From the IMG/VR virus record IMGVR_UViG_3300006867_000035, positions 1 through 32,436 of that record: a stretch of DNA of 32,436 nt; one strand, given 5' to 3'. Below the pieces are notes generated by a model. The model was not told where the DNA came from, made no database searches, and worked only from the letters and a program-made list of their open reading frames with translations. Shown here piece by piece: positions 10,985 to 18,590 of this stretch. Within the stretch, counting starts at the first letter, position 1. Every line of letters starts with the position of its first letter. Origin of the DNA: a virus (taxonomy: Duplodnaviria > Caudoviricetes). Both the position numbers and the translations under genes were made by a program.

Positions 10985-11001
10985 ACTGGAGACACTGGAC
11001 C

Positions 11002-12018
11002 GTGGAAACGACAGAATCTAGTAATGGGCCAATGACTGTTGAGTCGGCGGCGGAACTTCTCGTACAGCGGGAAGAAGAGCAACCAGAAGCGACTGAAGAG
11101 GTAGCTGAGGCTGAGGAAGGACAACCCGTAGCGGATTCTTTCGATGAGGCCGATGACTCGGATGACGGTGAGGTTGAGGATGTCGATGCCGATGAAGTCA
11201 ACGAGGTTGATGATGACGCAGAAGACGAGGATGAGTACGAAGACAACGAGGAAGACGTTGAGGAAACGGACCCTGCGCTAGAAGCACATACCGTAAAGGT
11301 AGACGGGCAAGAATTGCAGGTAACTCTCGAAGAACTCAAGCGTGGTTACTCAGGTCAGCAGTACGTCCAAAAGGGCATGCAACAGGTTGCTGAGGCGCGT
11401 AAAGCGGCGGAGGCACAGTACAGCGCCCTAATGCAAGAAAGACAAAATCTTGCACAGTTGGTAGAACAGGTACAACACGGTGGTATTGCGCCTCCTGTAG
11501 AGCCAAATGAGGAAATGTTTAAGGATGACCCCATCGGCTACTTTGAAGCCAAGATGGAGTTTGACGCGCAAGCTAAGAAGTGGAACGCGGTACAGCAAGA
11601 GCTAGCCGCCAAAGCAGAACAGCAAACTTACGCTGAGCAACAAGCCAAACAGGCTATGGCTCAACAAGAGGCGCAGATCCTTATGGAGAAGATACCTGAG
11701 TTGCGTGACGCTGGTAAGGCAACGCAGTTCAAGAAAGATATCGTACAGGTAGCGACAGAGGTATATGGATACCCAGAGGAGCTACTAGGTAACATCACAA
11801 GTCACCGAGACTTATTAGTGTTACGAGACGCGATGATGTATCGGAAACTCATGGGCAACGAGGACAAGGTGAAGGGTAAGGTCAAAAAGGCCAGTCCAGT
11901 CATCAAGCCAGGTACTAAGAAAGTTACTACCAACAATGACGTAGCTCGTAAGAAGCGAGCCAAACTGAGAAAGTCAGGTAGCGTTGAAGACGCACTGGCA
12001 CTGATGTTGAATAACTAA
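11002..12018 (+). CDS. Capsid scaffolding protein
   Basis: 338 aa; acidic N-terminus, 'TVKVDGQELQVTLEELKRGYS', coiled coil, basic C-terminal 'LRKSGSVEDA'. Confidence 0.88.
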   Translation: METTESSNGPMTVESAAELLVQREEEQPEATEEVAEAEEGQPVADSFDEADDSDDGEVEDVDADEVNEVDDDAEDEDEYEDNEEDVEETDPALEAHTVKVDGQELQVTLEELKRGYSGQQYVQKGMQQVAEARKAAEAQYSALMQERQNLAQLVEQVQHGGIAPPVEPNEEMFKDDPIGYFEAKMEFDAQAKKWNAVQQELAAKAEQQTYAEQQAKQAMAQQEAQILMEKIPELRDAGKATQFKKDIVQVATEVYGYPEELLGNITSHRDLLVLRDAMMYRKLMGNEDKVKGKVKKASPVIKPGTKKVTTNNDVARKKRAKLRKSGSVEDALALMLNN

Positions 12019-12033
12019 CTTGAGGTAATAGAC

Positions 12034-13008
12034 ATGGCACAGCCAACCAACACTTTTGACAGCTATGATGCTGTCGGTATCCGCGAGTCGCTAGAGGACC
12101 TGATATACGATGTAAGCCCCGAAGACACGCCGTTTTATAGTGCTTGCGCGAAAGTAAAGGCAACTAACACTTTGCACGAGTGGCAAACAGACGCATTACG
12201 CGCATCAGCGGCAAACGCTCACGTTGAAGGTGACGACACCACTGCTGAAGCTCGTACAGCGACTTCACGTTTGGGTAACTACACTCAAATCTTCAAGAAC
12301 GCAGTATCTGTACCTGATACAGACAACGGTCTTGATAAGGCTGGCCGCGCTAAAGAAATGGCGTACCAGACACTGAAGATCGCTAAAGAGCAAAAGCTCG
12401 ACATCGAGAAGGCATTGTTCGACAACAACGCTCGTGTAGCAGGTAACTCTACTACTGCGCGTGAATTGGCGGGCGCTCCTGCTTGGATGATCACTAACAC
12501 TGACTTTGTTACTGGCGGCGCGACTGATGGTGCAGATCCTACTGGTGACGGTACTGACGCTCGTACAGATGCAGTTGGCTCGTTAACAGCGTTCAGCCAA
12601 GCCAAGTTTGACGGTGTTATGCAGTCAATCTGGGAGCAAGGCGGAAACCCTGATGTTGTTTACTTGTCAGCGTTCCAGATGAACAAGGCACTCGGATTCA
12701 CTGGTATGAACAACCAGCGTTCAACTATCGGTGCTTCTGTTGGTGGTACTAACGCTGTGATCAACGCAGTTGACGTATACGTTACTCCTTGGGGGACTGT
12801 AGAATTTATCCCTACTCGTGAGAACCGTTCACGCGATGTGTTCATCATGCAAAACGACATGTGGTCTGTTGGCGTTCTACGTCCAACTAAGAACACTGCG
12901 TTGAGCAAGACAGGTGACTCAGAGCGCCGCCAGGTGGTTACTGAACTGACTCTTATTTGTAAAAATGAGAAGGCCTCAGGCATCATCGCTGACAACACAA
13001 CTTCTTAA
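12034..13008 (+). CDS. Major capsid protein (DUF5309 / SU10-like)
   Basis: 324 aa; 'GIRESLEDLIYDVSPEDTPF', 'HEWQTD', 'NYTQIF', 'LSKTGDSE'; SD GAGGT; followed by a terminator. Confidence 0.92.
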   Translation: MAQPTNTFDSYDAVGIRESLEDLIYDVSPEDTPFYSACAKVKATNTLHEWQTDALRASAANAHVEGDDTTAEARTATSRLGNYTQIFKNAVSVPDTDNGLDKAGRAKEMAYQTLKIAKEQKLDIEKALFDNNARVAGNSTTARELAGAPAWMITNTDFVTGGATDGADPTGDGTDARTDAVGSLTAFSQAKFDGVMQSIWEQGGNPDVVYLSAFQMNKALGFTGMNNQRSTIGASVGGTNAVINAVDVYVTPWGTVEFIPTRENRSRDVFIMQNDMWSVGVLRPTKNTALSKTGDSERRQVVTELTLICKNEKASGIIADNTTS

Positions 13009-13020
13009 TGAAGTGACCAA

Positions 13021-13048
13021 GGAAGGGGCTACGGCCCCTTTCTGCTTT
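13021..13048 (+). terminator. Intrinsic terminator after capsid gene
   Basis: AAGGGGC-TACG-GCCCCTT hairpin followed by TCTGCTTT. Confidence 0.75.
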
Positions 13049-13060
13049 GGGGGATAGGAA

Positions 13061-13246
13061 ATGGCTAAATACAAAGTAGTTGTTGGAACACTGTTCATGG
13101 CAGGTCAGAAGTACCGCCGAGGCGACATCGTAGAGTGCGCCAACCCACAAGATTTCGGAACCCGACTAGAAGTAGTCGCGGAGCCAAAGGTAGAAGAGAA
13201 GCCAAAACCTGCTCGTAAGCCACGAGCTAAGAAGGCGGCAGAATGA
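13061..13246 (+). CDS. Small protein with Lys/Pro-rich tail
   Basis: 61 aa; purine-rich SD; typical of capsid-adjacent small genes. Confidence 0.7.
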   Translation: MAKYKVVVGTLFMAGQKYRRGDIVECANPQDFGTRLEVVAEPKVEEKPKPARKPRAKKAAE

Positions 13247-13533
13247 AGTTAGGTGAGAAGGTTCTGTATGACCACACTGAAGATAAGGTAGTGGTCCAGA
13301 AGACTCATGACGTAAACCCTGAGATGCATCGCGCACAGATGTTGCGTGAGGCTGGTGCAGGCCAAAAGGGCGAGCATCGGCTCGTTGGAACAATTCCACT
13401 GAACCTTATTGCAGAATGGTGCAAAGAGGCCGGAGTAAGGTGGAATGACATACAAGCTCGGCAGGAAGTTGTGAAGCGCAAGATCCTGTCAGGGGACTTT
13501 GACAAGTTCAGAGTGTGGAAGGGAACGTATTGA
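13243..13533 (+). CDS. Hypothetical protein
   Basis: 96 aa; ATGA overlap with previous gene; 'RLVGTIP...EW...G' pattern. Confidence 0.7.
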   Translation: MKLGEKVLYDHTEDKVVVQKTHDVNPEMHRAQMLREAGAGQKGEHRLVGTIPLNLIAEWCKEAGVRWNDIQARQEVVKRKILSGDFDKFRVWKGTY

Positions 13534-13534
13534 G

Positions 13535-13729
13535 GTGGACAGACGTACTGCGGCTTCTGCTCATAAGCGGATCGATGATCTGGAGAAACAACTCGTGAAA
13601 CATGAGGCAGTGTCTACAGAGCGTTGGACAGAAACAATTTTACGAATCAAAAGGATTGAGGCGATCATGATCGGGACAGCGGGTGCTACCATCATGCTCC
13701 TGATCACCCTGTTAACCAAAACGGGATAG
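13535..13729 (+). CDS. Small coiled-coil protein with C-terminal TM helix (XhlA/holin-like)
   Basis: Likely GTG start at 13535: MDRRTAASAHKRIDDLE...IMIGTAGATIMLLITLL. Confidence 0.6.
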   Translation: MDRRTAASAHKRIDDLEKQLVKHEAVSTERWTETILRIKRIEAIMIGTAGATIMLLITLLTKTG

Positions 13730-13735
13730 AGAGCC

Positions 13736-14185
13736 ATGATATTTGAGGCAATAGCCGCCATAAAAATTGCGAACGAAGCTGTGTCCGCAATAAAAGAGTT
13801 TGCAGGCCACGTTTCTTCTGTAGGAGAAATGGGTAAGGATTTAACAAAATTGGCTGATGCCAAGGACGATATCGAGAAAGCGGCCAAGGATGGCGATATG
13901 GAAGCGTTCTGGGCGTTAGAAGATATCAAGCGGCATGAGGCTGAGGTGAAGCAACAGTTCATCTACGCGGGCCGGGCTGGCCTTTGGGATGATTACTGTA
14001 AGTTCATAGCCAACCGCAAGCAATTGCGTGAGAACGAGCGTAAACGTGCGGAAGCTAAGAAATTGGCTCGAAAGAAAGCCATACAGAATGGATTTTTGTA
14101 TGTGGCTGTTGGCATTGCTGTTCTCGGTATTGTGGGTGGGGCCGTGGCCTTACTACTGTGGCTTATTAGCCTTAAAGGTACTTAG
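13736..14185 (+). CDS. Membrane-anchored hypothetical protein
   Basis: 149 aa; coiled coil plus C-terminal hydrophobic segment FLYVAVGIAVLGIVGGAVALLLWLI. Confidence 0.7.
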   Translation: MIFEAIAAIKIANEAVSAIKEFAGHVSSVGEMGKDLTKLADAKDDIEKAAKDGDMEAFWALEDIKRHEAEVKQQFIYAGRAGLWDDYCKFIANRKQLRENERKRAEAKKLARKKAIQNGFLYVAVGIAVLGIVGGAVALLLWLISLKGT

Positions 14186-14187
14186 AG

Positions 14188-14463
14188 ATGGCTATTGAGT
14201 ATCGAGGCGAACGATTCGCCGGTTACAACAAACCTAAGAGGACACCAAATCATCCTCGTAAGTCGCATGCTGTTCTGGCAAAAGAAGGCGACACAATCAA
14301 GCTTATTCGTTTCGGTCAGCAAGGAGTCAGCGGTGCGGGCAAGAAGCCGAAGACCGAGAAGGAGAAGGCGCGGCGTAGATCATACTATGCTCGCCATAAC
14401 GCGCAGGGAAAACCCACAAGCAAGCTCTCTGCAAAATACTGGTCACACAAGGTTAAATGGTGA
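14188..14463 (+). CDS. Basic conserved phage protein
   Basis: 91 aa; 'GYNKPKRTPNHP.KSHAVLAKEG...KLIRFGQQG...ARH...SAKYWS.KVKW'. Confidence 0.75.
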   Translation: MAIEYRGERFAGYNKPKRTPNHPRKSHAVLAKEGDTIKLIRFGQQGVSGAGKKPKTEKEKARRRSYYARHNAQGKPTSKLSAKYWSHKVKW

Positions 14464-14468
14464 AGAAC

Positions 14469-14606
14469 ATGGCAATGTACGGCAAAAAGACAGCAAAGAA
14501 GGGCATGAAGAAGATGGCTAAGAAGGAGTTCACTCCATGTAGCCGGTGTCCTAACCCAGCATCATGCAAGCGGGCAGGAATGTGCCTGGCTAAGGCGATT
14601 GGCTAA
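14469..14606 (+). CDS. Small basic Cys-motif protein (45 aa, below ORF-track cutoff)
   Basis: MAMYGKKTAKKGMKKMAKKEFTPCSRCPNPASCKRAGMCLAKAIG*; fills the gap; TAATG-coupled to the next gene. Confidence 0.7.
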   Translation: MAMYGKKTAKKGMKKMAKKEFTPCSRCPNPASCKRAGMCLAKAIG

Positions 14607-14770
14607 TGGCTAAGTCAGGACTGTACGCAAACATTCATGCAAAGCGGAAGCGCATTGCAGAAGGCTCGAAAGAGAAGATGCGGAAGCCTGGTTCTAAGGG
14701 TGCGCCTACAGACGCGGCATTCGCTAAGGCCAAGAAGACGGCTAAGAAAAAGCCAAAGAAAAGGACATAA
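14606..14770 (+). CDS. Small basic protein (54 aa, below ORF-track cutoff)
   Basis: MAKSGLYANIHAKRKRIAEGSKEKMRKPGSKGAPTDAAFAKAKKTAKKKPKKRT*; recognisable aquatic-phage family pattern. Confidence 0.8.
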   Translation: MAKSGLYANIHAKRKRIAEGSKEKMRKPGSKGAPTDAAFAKAKKTAKKKPKKRT

Positions 14771-14775
14771 CGGGC

Positions 14776-15099
14776 ATGACAAAAGAGATGTTGGAGAAAT
14801 ATGATGCGAACGGCAACGGCGTTCTCGATCCGGATGAGCTTGCTCTTATTGAACTTGAGGATCGCCGCCGTAAGATGGAGGATGAAGACGCTCAGCGCGA
14901 TTCGATCCGCAAGATGGCGTGGTTCGCGCTGTTTGGCTTACTGCTGTATCCCTTTGGTATTTTTCTATGTGATGTTTTCGGACTTGCTACAGCGGCGGGT
15001 TTGATCGCTGACATTGCTCCGACTTACTTTGCATCGATAGCGGTCTTGGTATCTGCGTTCTTTGGGGCAAGCGCAATAACCAAGAAGAAGGCCGAGTAA
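14776..15099 (+). CDS. Two-TM membrane protein with EF-hand-like loop
   Basis: 107 aa; DANGNGVLDPDE loop followed by two hydrophobic helices. Confidence 0.75.
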   Translation: MTKEMLEKYDANGNGVLDPDELALIELEDRRRKMEDEDAQRDSIRKMAWFALFGLLLYPFGIFLCDVFGLATAAGLIADIAPTYFASIAVLVSAFFGASAITKKKAE

Positions 15100-15100
15100 C

Positions 15101-15286
15101 GTGAAGACCTGTCTGTATAGCTACACAAGAGGGCTGTACGAGACTGAGTGCGGAGGCAAGACTGTCACCAGGCCAACCACTAAATGCGACAGGTGTGGAA
15201 GAAAACCAGAGGAGGTGGCTTATGCCGCTGATCAACGGGTACAGCCAGAAGTCGATAAGCAAGAACATCAAAACGCTGATCGGTGA
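15101..15286 (+). CDS. Possible small Zn-binding protein
   Basis: GTG start, 61 aa with C...C...CxxC; overlaps the next gene by 65 nt. Confidence 0.45.
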   Translation: MKTCLYSYTRGLYETECGGKTVTRPTTKCDRCGRKPEEVAYAADQRVQPEVDKQEHQNADR

Positions 15287-15368
15287 AGGTAAGAGCCAAA
15301 AGCAAGCTGTAGCTATCGCTCAGTCAGTTGCGAAGAAGGCTAAGTCAAGGAGGCGTAGTCGTGCTTAA
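15222..15368 (+). CDS. Small basic protein (48 aa, below ORF-track cutoff)
   Basis: SD GGAGGT at 15211; MPLINGYSQKSISKNIKTLIGEGKSQKQAVAIAQSVAKKAKSRRRSRA* with the widespread 'QKQAVAIA' motif. Confidence 0.8.
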   Translation: MPLINGYSQKSISKNIKTLIGEGKSQKQAVAIAQSVAKKAKSRRRSRA

Positions 15369-15738
15369 TTTATTACTCGGTCCAGCGATGGAGCTAGGCA
15401 AAGAGTTCATCAAGGGCAAGGCTGACGAGAAGAAGGCCATCCAAGAGCGCAAGATCCAAGCGATCCAGAATGACGCTGACTGGGAAGCCAAGATGGCTGA
15501 CGCTACAAAGGACTCCTGGAAGGATGAATTTTTCTCCATCATTTTAGCAATGCCACTAATCGCTGTTGCGTACAGCGTAGCGATGGACAGCCCACAAGTA
15601 ATTGAGCGTCTCGACATGGCGTTCGATACTCTGAACACTCTCCCGGAATGGTATCAATACCTACTCTTCATCGCTGTGACGAGTTCATTTGGCGTGAAGG
15701 GTGCTGACAAGTTAATGAAAATGCGAGGAAAGAAATGA
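15361..15738 (+). CDS. Putative holin
   Basis: GTG at 15361 after AGGAGG; 'SWKDE' + TM, 'LPEWYQYLL...SFG' + TM; immediately upstream of the endolysin. Confidence 0.7.
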   Translation: MLNLLLGPAMELGKEFIKGKADEKKAIQERKIQAIQNDADWEAKMADATKDSWKDEFFSIILAMPLIAVAYSVAMDSPQVIERLDMAFDTLNTLPEWYQYLLFIAVTSSFGVKGADKLMKMRGKK

Positions 15739-16253
15739 TCGAGAACTACCAGCAGTGCCTAGAGATGTTACTGCACCATGAAGGTGGATTCGTAAACCAT
15801 CCTGCTGATCCAGGCGGGATGACCAATCTCGGAGTGACCAAGAAGGTCTACGAGGAGTACCTGGGCCGCGAGGTCACAGAGGACGAGATGAGAGCATTGA
15901 CGCCAGAGGATGTCGCGCCACTGTACAAGCGTAACTATTGGGACAGGGTGAAGGGTGATGATCTGCCGTCTGGTCTTGATTGGGCTGTTTTTGATTGGGC
16001 TGTTAATAGTGGGACTGGCAGGAGTGCAAAAGCTCTCCAAACGTGTATCGGAGCTACAGCCGATGGAGCGATTGGTCCTAACACACTGAAGACACTTGCT
16101 GAGTGCGATCCTAAAGAGATCGTGATGCAGATGTTTGAGGCGCGTCAGGCGTTCTACGAAAGCCTGTCTACGTTCGACACGTTCGGCAAAGGATGGAGTC
16201 GCAGAAATCAAGAGACACTCGATCAAGCGATCACAATGATAGACAACAATTAG
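15735..16253 (+). CDS. Endolysin, glycoside hydrolase family 108 with peptidoglycan-binding domain
   Basis: 172 aa; 'HEGGFVNHPADPGGMTNLGVT', 'FDWAVNSG', 'DGAIGPNT', 'FGKGWSRR'. Confidence 0.93.
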   Translation: MIENYQQCLEMLLHHEGGFVNHPADPGGMTNLGVTKKVYEEYLGREVTEDEMRALTPEDVAPLYKRNYWDRVKGDDLPSGLDWAVFDWAVNSGTGRSAKALQTCIGATADGAIGPNTLKTLAECDPKEIVMQMFEARQAFYESLSTFDTFGKGWSRRNQETLDQAITMIDNN

Positions 16254-16284
16254 TGTTGCACTAGTTAACAAAATATGTTTCAAT
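16245..16284 (+). promoter_or_regulatory. Sigma70-type promoter with two AACA-N5-TGTT palindromes
   Basis: TTGCAC (16256)-17 nt-TTCAAT with extended TG; palindromes at 16245-16257 and 16267-16279. Confidence 0.6.
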
Positions 16285-16314
16285 GCTCCTGTTGTTTACC
16301 AATAGGAGCTTGAA

Positions 16315-16947
16315 ATGAAAAATCAAACAACACTCATGGCCCGCATCTGGGCTGACCTTTCTGCGATCAATGTCAACGAGCATGTTCAGAAGAAGGTCAA
16401 TCTATCCTACCTCTCATGGACTTGGGCGTGGTCAACTCTGATGTCCAAGTATCCAGAGTCATACTACGTCTTTGAGGATCACGCAGAGAATGACGGCTCT
16501 GTGATGGTTGAGTGCGTCCTGACTATTCACGAGGGTGAAGAGGTTGCCACTCGCACGATGTGGTTGCCTGTCATGGATCACAAGAACAAGGCGATCATCA
16601 ATCCAAACTCACGCGATATCTCAGACACTCGCATGCGCTGTCTTGTGAAGTGCTTGGCTATGTTTGGTCTTGGGTTCTACATCTACGCAGGTGAGGACAT
16701 CCCACAGGCCGAGGCAGAGGCTCTCACACAACCTATCGACAAGGACCAGGCTCAACGTCTTAATGAGATGTTGGACTATTCCGGCACTGACGTTGCTAAG
16801 TTTCTAGCGCACTACAAGATCAGTTCTGTGTCAGAACTTCCAAAGTCGCATTACGAGCAGGCGTATAACGCGCTAGCGCAAAAGATCGCAAATATGGAAG
16901 CCCAGACTGCACAGGCTGACGAGGAGTTGTCAGATGTCGATCTGTAA
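16315..16947 (+). CDS. sak: Sak-type single-strand annealing protein (DUF1071, Rad52-like)
   Basis: 'NVNEHVQKK.NLSYLSW.WAW', 'MWLPVMDHKN', 'MRCLVKCLAMFGLG.YIYAGED'. Confidence 0.85.
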   Translation: MKNQTTLMARIWADLSAINVNEHVQKKVNLSYLSWTWAWSTLMSKYPESYYVFEDHAENDGSVMVECVLTIHEGEEVATRTMWLPVMDHKNKAIINPNSRDISDTRMRCLVKCLAMFGLGFYIYAGEDIPQAEAEALTQPIDKDQAQRLNEMLDYSGTDVAKFLAHYKISSVSELPKSHYEQAYNALAQKIANMEAQTAQADEELSDVDL

Positions 16948-17113
16948 GTGGTGTGGTGAAAAGGCTGTCGTCATCGACAGCTTTGGCATCCAGTGCGCCG
17001 CGTGTTGGCTCAAAGGAGTAGGAAATGGGAAAAGGAAGCAAACCGCGTCCGATACCAGACAAGGAAAAATTCCAGCAAAACTGGGACAACATCTTCAAGA
17101 GGGACAAAAGTGA
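16934..17113 (+). CDS. Small Zn-finger protein (59 aa, below ORF-track cutoff)
   Basis: SD GAGGAG at 16921; MSICKWCGEKAVVIDSFGIQCAACWLKG...; its TGA overlaps the exonuclease ATG. Confidence 0.55.
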   Translation: MSICKWCGEKAVVIDSFGIQCAACWLKGVGNGKRKQTASDTRQGKIPAKLGQHLQEGQK

Positions 17114-17177
17114 TGAGAGTGCTGAATCACGAGCAAGGCACACAGGAGTGGCTGACAAGCCGCCTAGGCTGTCCTAG
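17025..17177 (+). CDS. Small conserved phage protein (50 aa, below ORF-track cutoff)
   Basis: SD AAGGAG; MGKGSKPRPIPDKEKFQQNWDNIFKR..., matching the 'GKGS.PRP...NWD.IF' pattern. Confidence 0.65.
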   Translation: MGKGSKPRPIPDKEKFQQNWDNIFKRDKSDESAESRARHTGVADKPPRLS

Positions 17178-17715
17178 TGGGTCAGGGTTCGATAAGTTAA
17201 TTACGTCTACTGGCAAGTCTTCTACGCAGTCTGAGGGCTATATTAACCAGTTGATCGCTGAGTTGATTACAGGAAAGCCGACAGAGTTCAAGGTAACTGA
17301 GGCTATGGAGCGCGGCACTGAGCTAGAGCCAATGGCTCGTGACTTCTACGAGTTAGCCAGTGGTCACCAGGTTCAGGAGGTTGGTTTCTGCCTTCATGAT
17401 GTGCTGAGATGCGGAGTGTCACCGGACGGCCTAGTTAGAGAGGATGGTGGCCTAGAGATCAAGTGTCCTGCTCCGCATAATCATGTGGCTTATCTGAGAG
17501 AGGGTAAGTTGCCTACCAAATACAAACAGCAGGTGATGGGTTGTTTGTGGGTGACAGGTAGAGACTGGTGGGACTTTGTGTCCTATCACGAGTCGATGCC
17601 TGCGCTGATTGTCCGAGTCCATCGTGATGAGGACTACATCAATGCATTGGCGACTGAGGTTGCTAAGGCAGTTGATACCATCGAAATTGAAGTTAATCGA
17701 TTAAAGGAAATGTAA
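17113..17715 (+). CDS. YqaJ / lambda-exonuclease family nuclease
   Basis: Start reassigned to ATG 17113; 'QGTQEWL..RLG', 'MERGTELEP.AR', 'SPDGLV', 'LEIKCP', 'QVMG'. Confidence 0.92.
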   Translation: MRVLNHEQGTQEWLTSRLGCPSGSGFDKLITSTGKSSTQSEGYINQLIAELITGKPTEFKVTEAMERGTELEPMARDFYELASGHQVQEVGFCLHDVLRCGVSPDGLVREDGGLEIKCPAPHNHVAYLREGKLPTKYKQQVMGCLWVTGRDWWDFVSYHESMPALIVRVHRDEDYINALATEVAKAVDTIEIEVNRLKEM

Positions 17716-18011
17716 TGGAACAAAAATACGATAATTCCAACCGTGGCGCTCTGTGGAGCAACAAAGACAAGAAGCGTCCAGAGAAGCGTGATCCTGATTT
17801 TCAGGGGTATGTGAATGCGTGTTGCCCACACTGCAAGCAGGACAACGAGTTTCAGTTAAGTGCCTGGAAGAACGAGCGCACAAGTGAGCGTCAGCCGGTG
17901 TTGAGCTTGTCAGTGCGTGAGGGGATTAAGGATCAAGCGCCACAGCAGGCAAGTCAGCCGACATCGGCTCCAACGCCTGTTGCGGATGTGAATGACGAGA
18001 TACCGTTTTAG
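17715..18011 (+). CDS. Putative single-stranded DNA-binding protein
   Basis: 98 aa; 'YDNSNRGALW.N...PDF.G...LSAW' and acidic 'NDEIPF' C-terminus. Confidence 0.75.
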   Translation: MEQKYDNSNRGALWSNKDKKRPEKRDPDFQGYVNACCPHCKQDNEFQLSAWKNERTSERQPVLSLSVREGIKDQAPQQASQPTSAPTPVADVNDEIPF

Positions 18012-18014
18012 GCC

Positions 18015-18076
18015 GAAAAAAGACCCGCGCGGAGCGGGTCAAAAGTCATAGAGGGAATGCATCAAATGTCCGATGC
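18015..18076 (-). ncRNA. Candidate ~60-nt antisense small RNA
   Basis: Minus-strand extended -10 TGcTATTCT (18083-18091), 5' hairpin GCATC/GATGC, then terminator GACCCGC/GCGGGTC + T6. Confidence 0.55.
18016..18040 (-). terminator. Minus-strand intrinsic terminator
   Basis: 7-bp GC stem 18022-18040; the A6 run at 18016-18021 is a U-tract on the minus strand. Confidence 0.7.
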
Positions 18077-18103
18077 CATTACAGAATAGCACAAGGGGAG
18101 CCA

Positions 18104-18319
18104 ATGAAACGAATACACGCAGGACGATGCATTGAAAAAGCTCAGAGGCTGTTTGGGGTTTCTAACCTCAAATTGGCTTCTGACATGAATGTTTTTCATC
18201 AGCAGATCACACGCTGGAGGAAGTCTCCAGACATGAAGATCAGCAAGCTACAAGACTTTGCTGAGTATTTCAGCATGGATTTTTATGAGTTCTTAAAACT
18301 AGGAGAGGACGATGAGTAA
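18104..18319 (+). CDS. Cro/C1-type HTH regulator
   Basis: 71 aa; 'SNLKLASDMNVFHQQITRWRK..DMKISKL..FAEYF'; SD GGGGAG. Confidence 0.75.
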   Translation: MKRIHAGRCIEKAQRLFGVSNLKLASDMNVFHQQITRWRKSPDMKISKLQDFAEYFSMDFYEFLKLGEDDE

Positions 18320-18590
18320 AGCACGATGGTCAAACGCAGAGTTGCTCACGCTGGGTGACCTGTATCGAGAAGGCAAGAGCTACAACGAGATCGCTGTAAA
18401 GCTCAAAAGAACCAAGCGGGCAGTGGCCTACGCTGTCAATGCTTACCGTGATGTGATCAACATTGATTATCGTCAGAAGGGTTCTGGGCGCAAGGCAGAG
18501 ACTTTGTACGCGCCGACTCGCGTTGATGAATCGGAGATTGTGACTGTGACGCTAACAGAGCCTAAGAAGCCCTGGTGGAAGATCTGGTGA
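18312..18590 (+). CDS. HTH (Myb/GcrA-like) protein
   Basis: 'RWSNAELLTL..LY.EGKSYNEIA.KL.RT..AV'; C-terminal KKPWWKIW. Confidence 0.65.
   Translation: MSKARWSNAELLTLGDLYREGKSYNEIAVKLKRTKRAVAYAVNAYRDVINIDYRQKGSGRKAETLYAPTRVDESEIVTVTLTEPKKPWWKIW

Noticed and set aside
11130-11270. GAN-rich quasi-repeat
   Set aside because: Explained by the Asp/Glu-rich linker of the scaffolding protein.
12990-13060. Programmed frameshift or read-through extending the capsid protein
   Set aside because: No slippery heptamer; double stop TAATGA followed by a terminator.
14195-14521. 108-aa alternative-frame + strand ORF
   Set aside because: Overlaps two better-supported small genes and has no SD or recognisable motif.
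16993-17112. 40-aa N-terminal extension of the exonuclease in the ORF track
   Set aside because: Family similarity begins at MRVLNHEQG (17113); similar over-extended starts were trimmed at 13499, 15328, 19701, 26052 and 26579.
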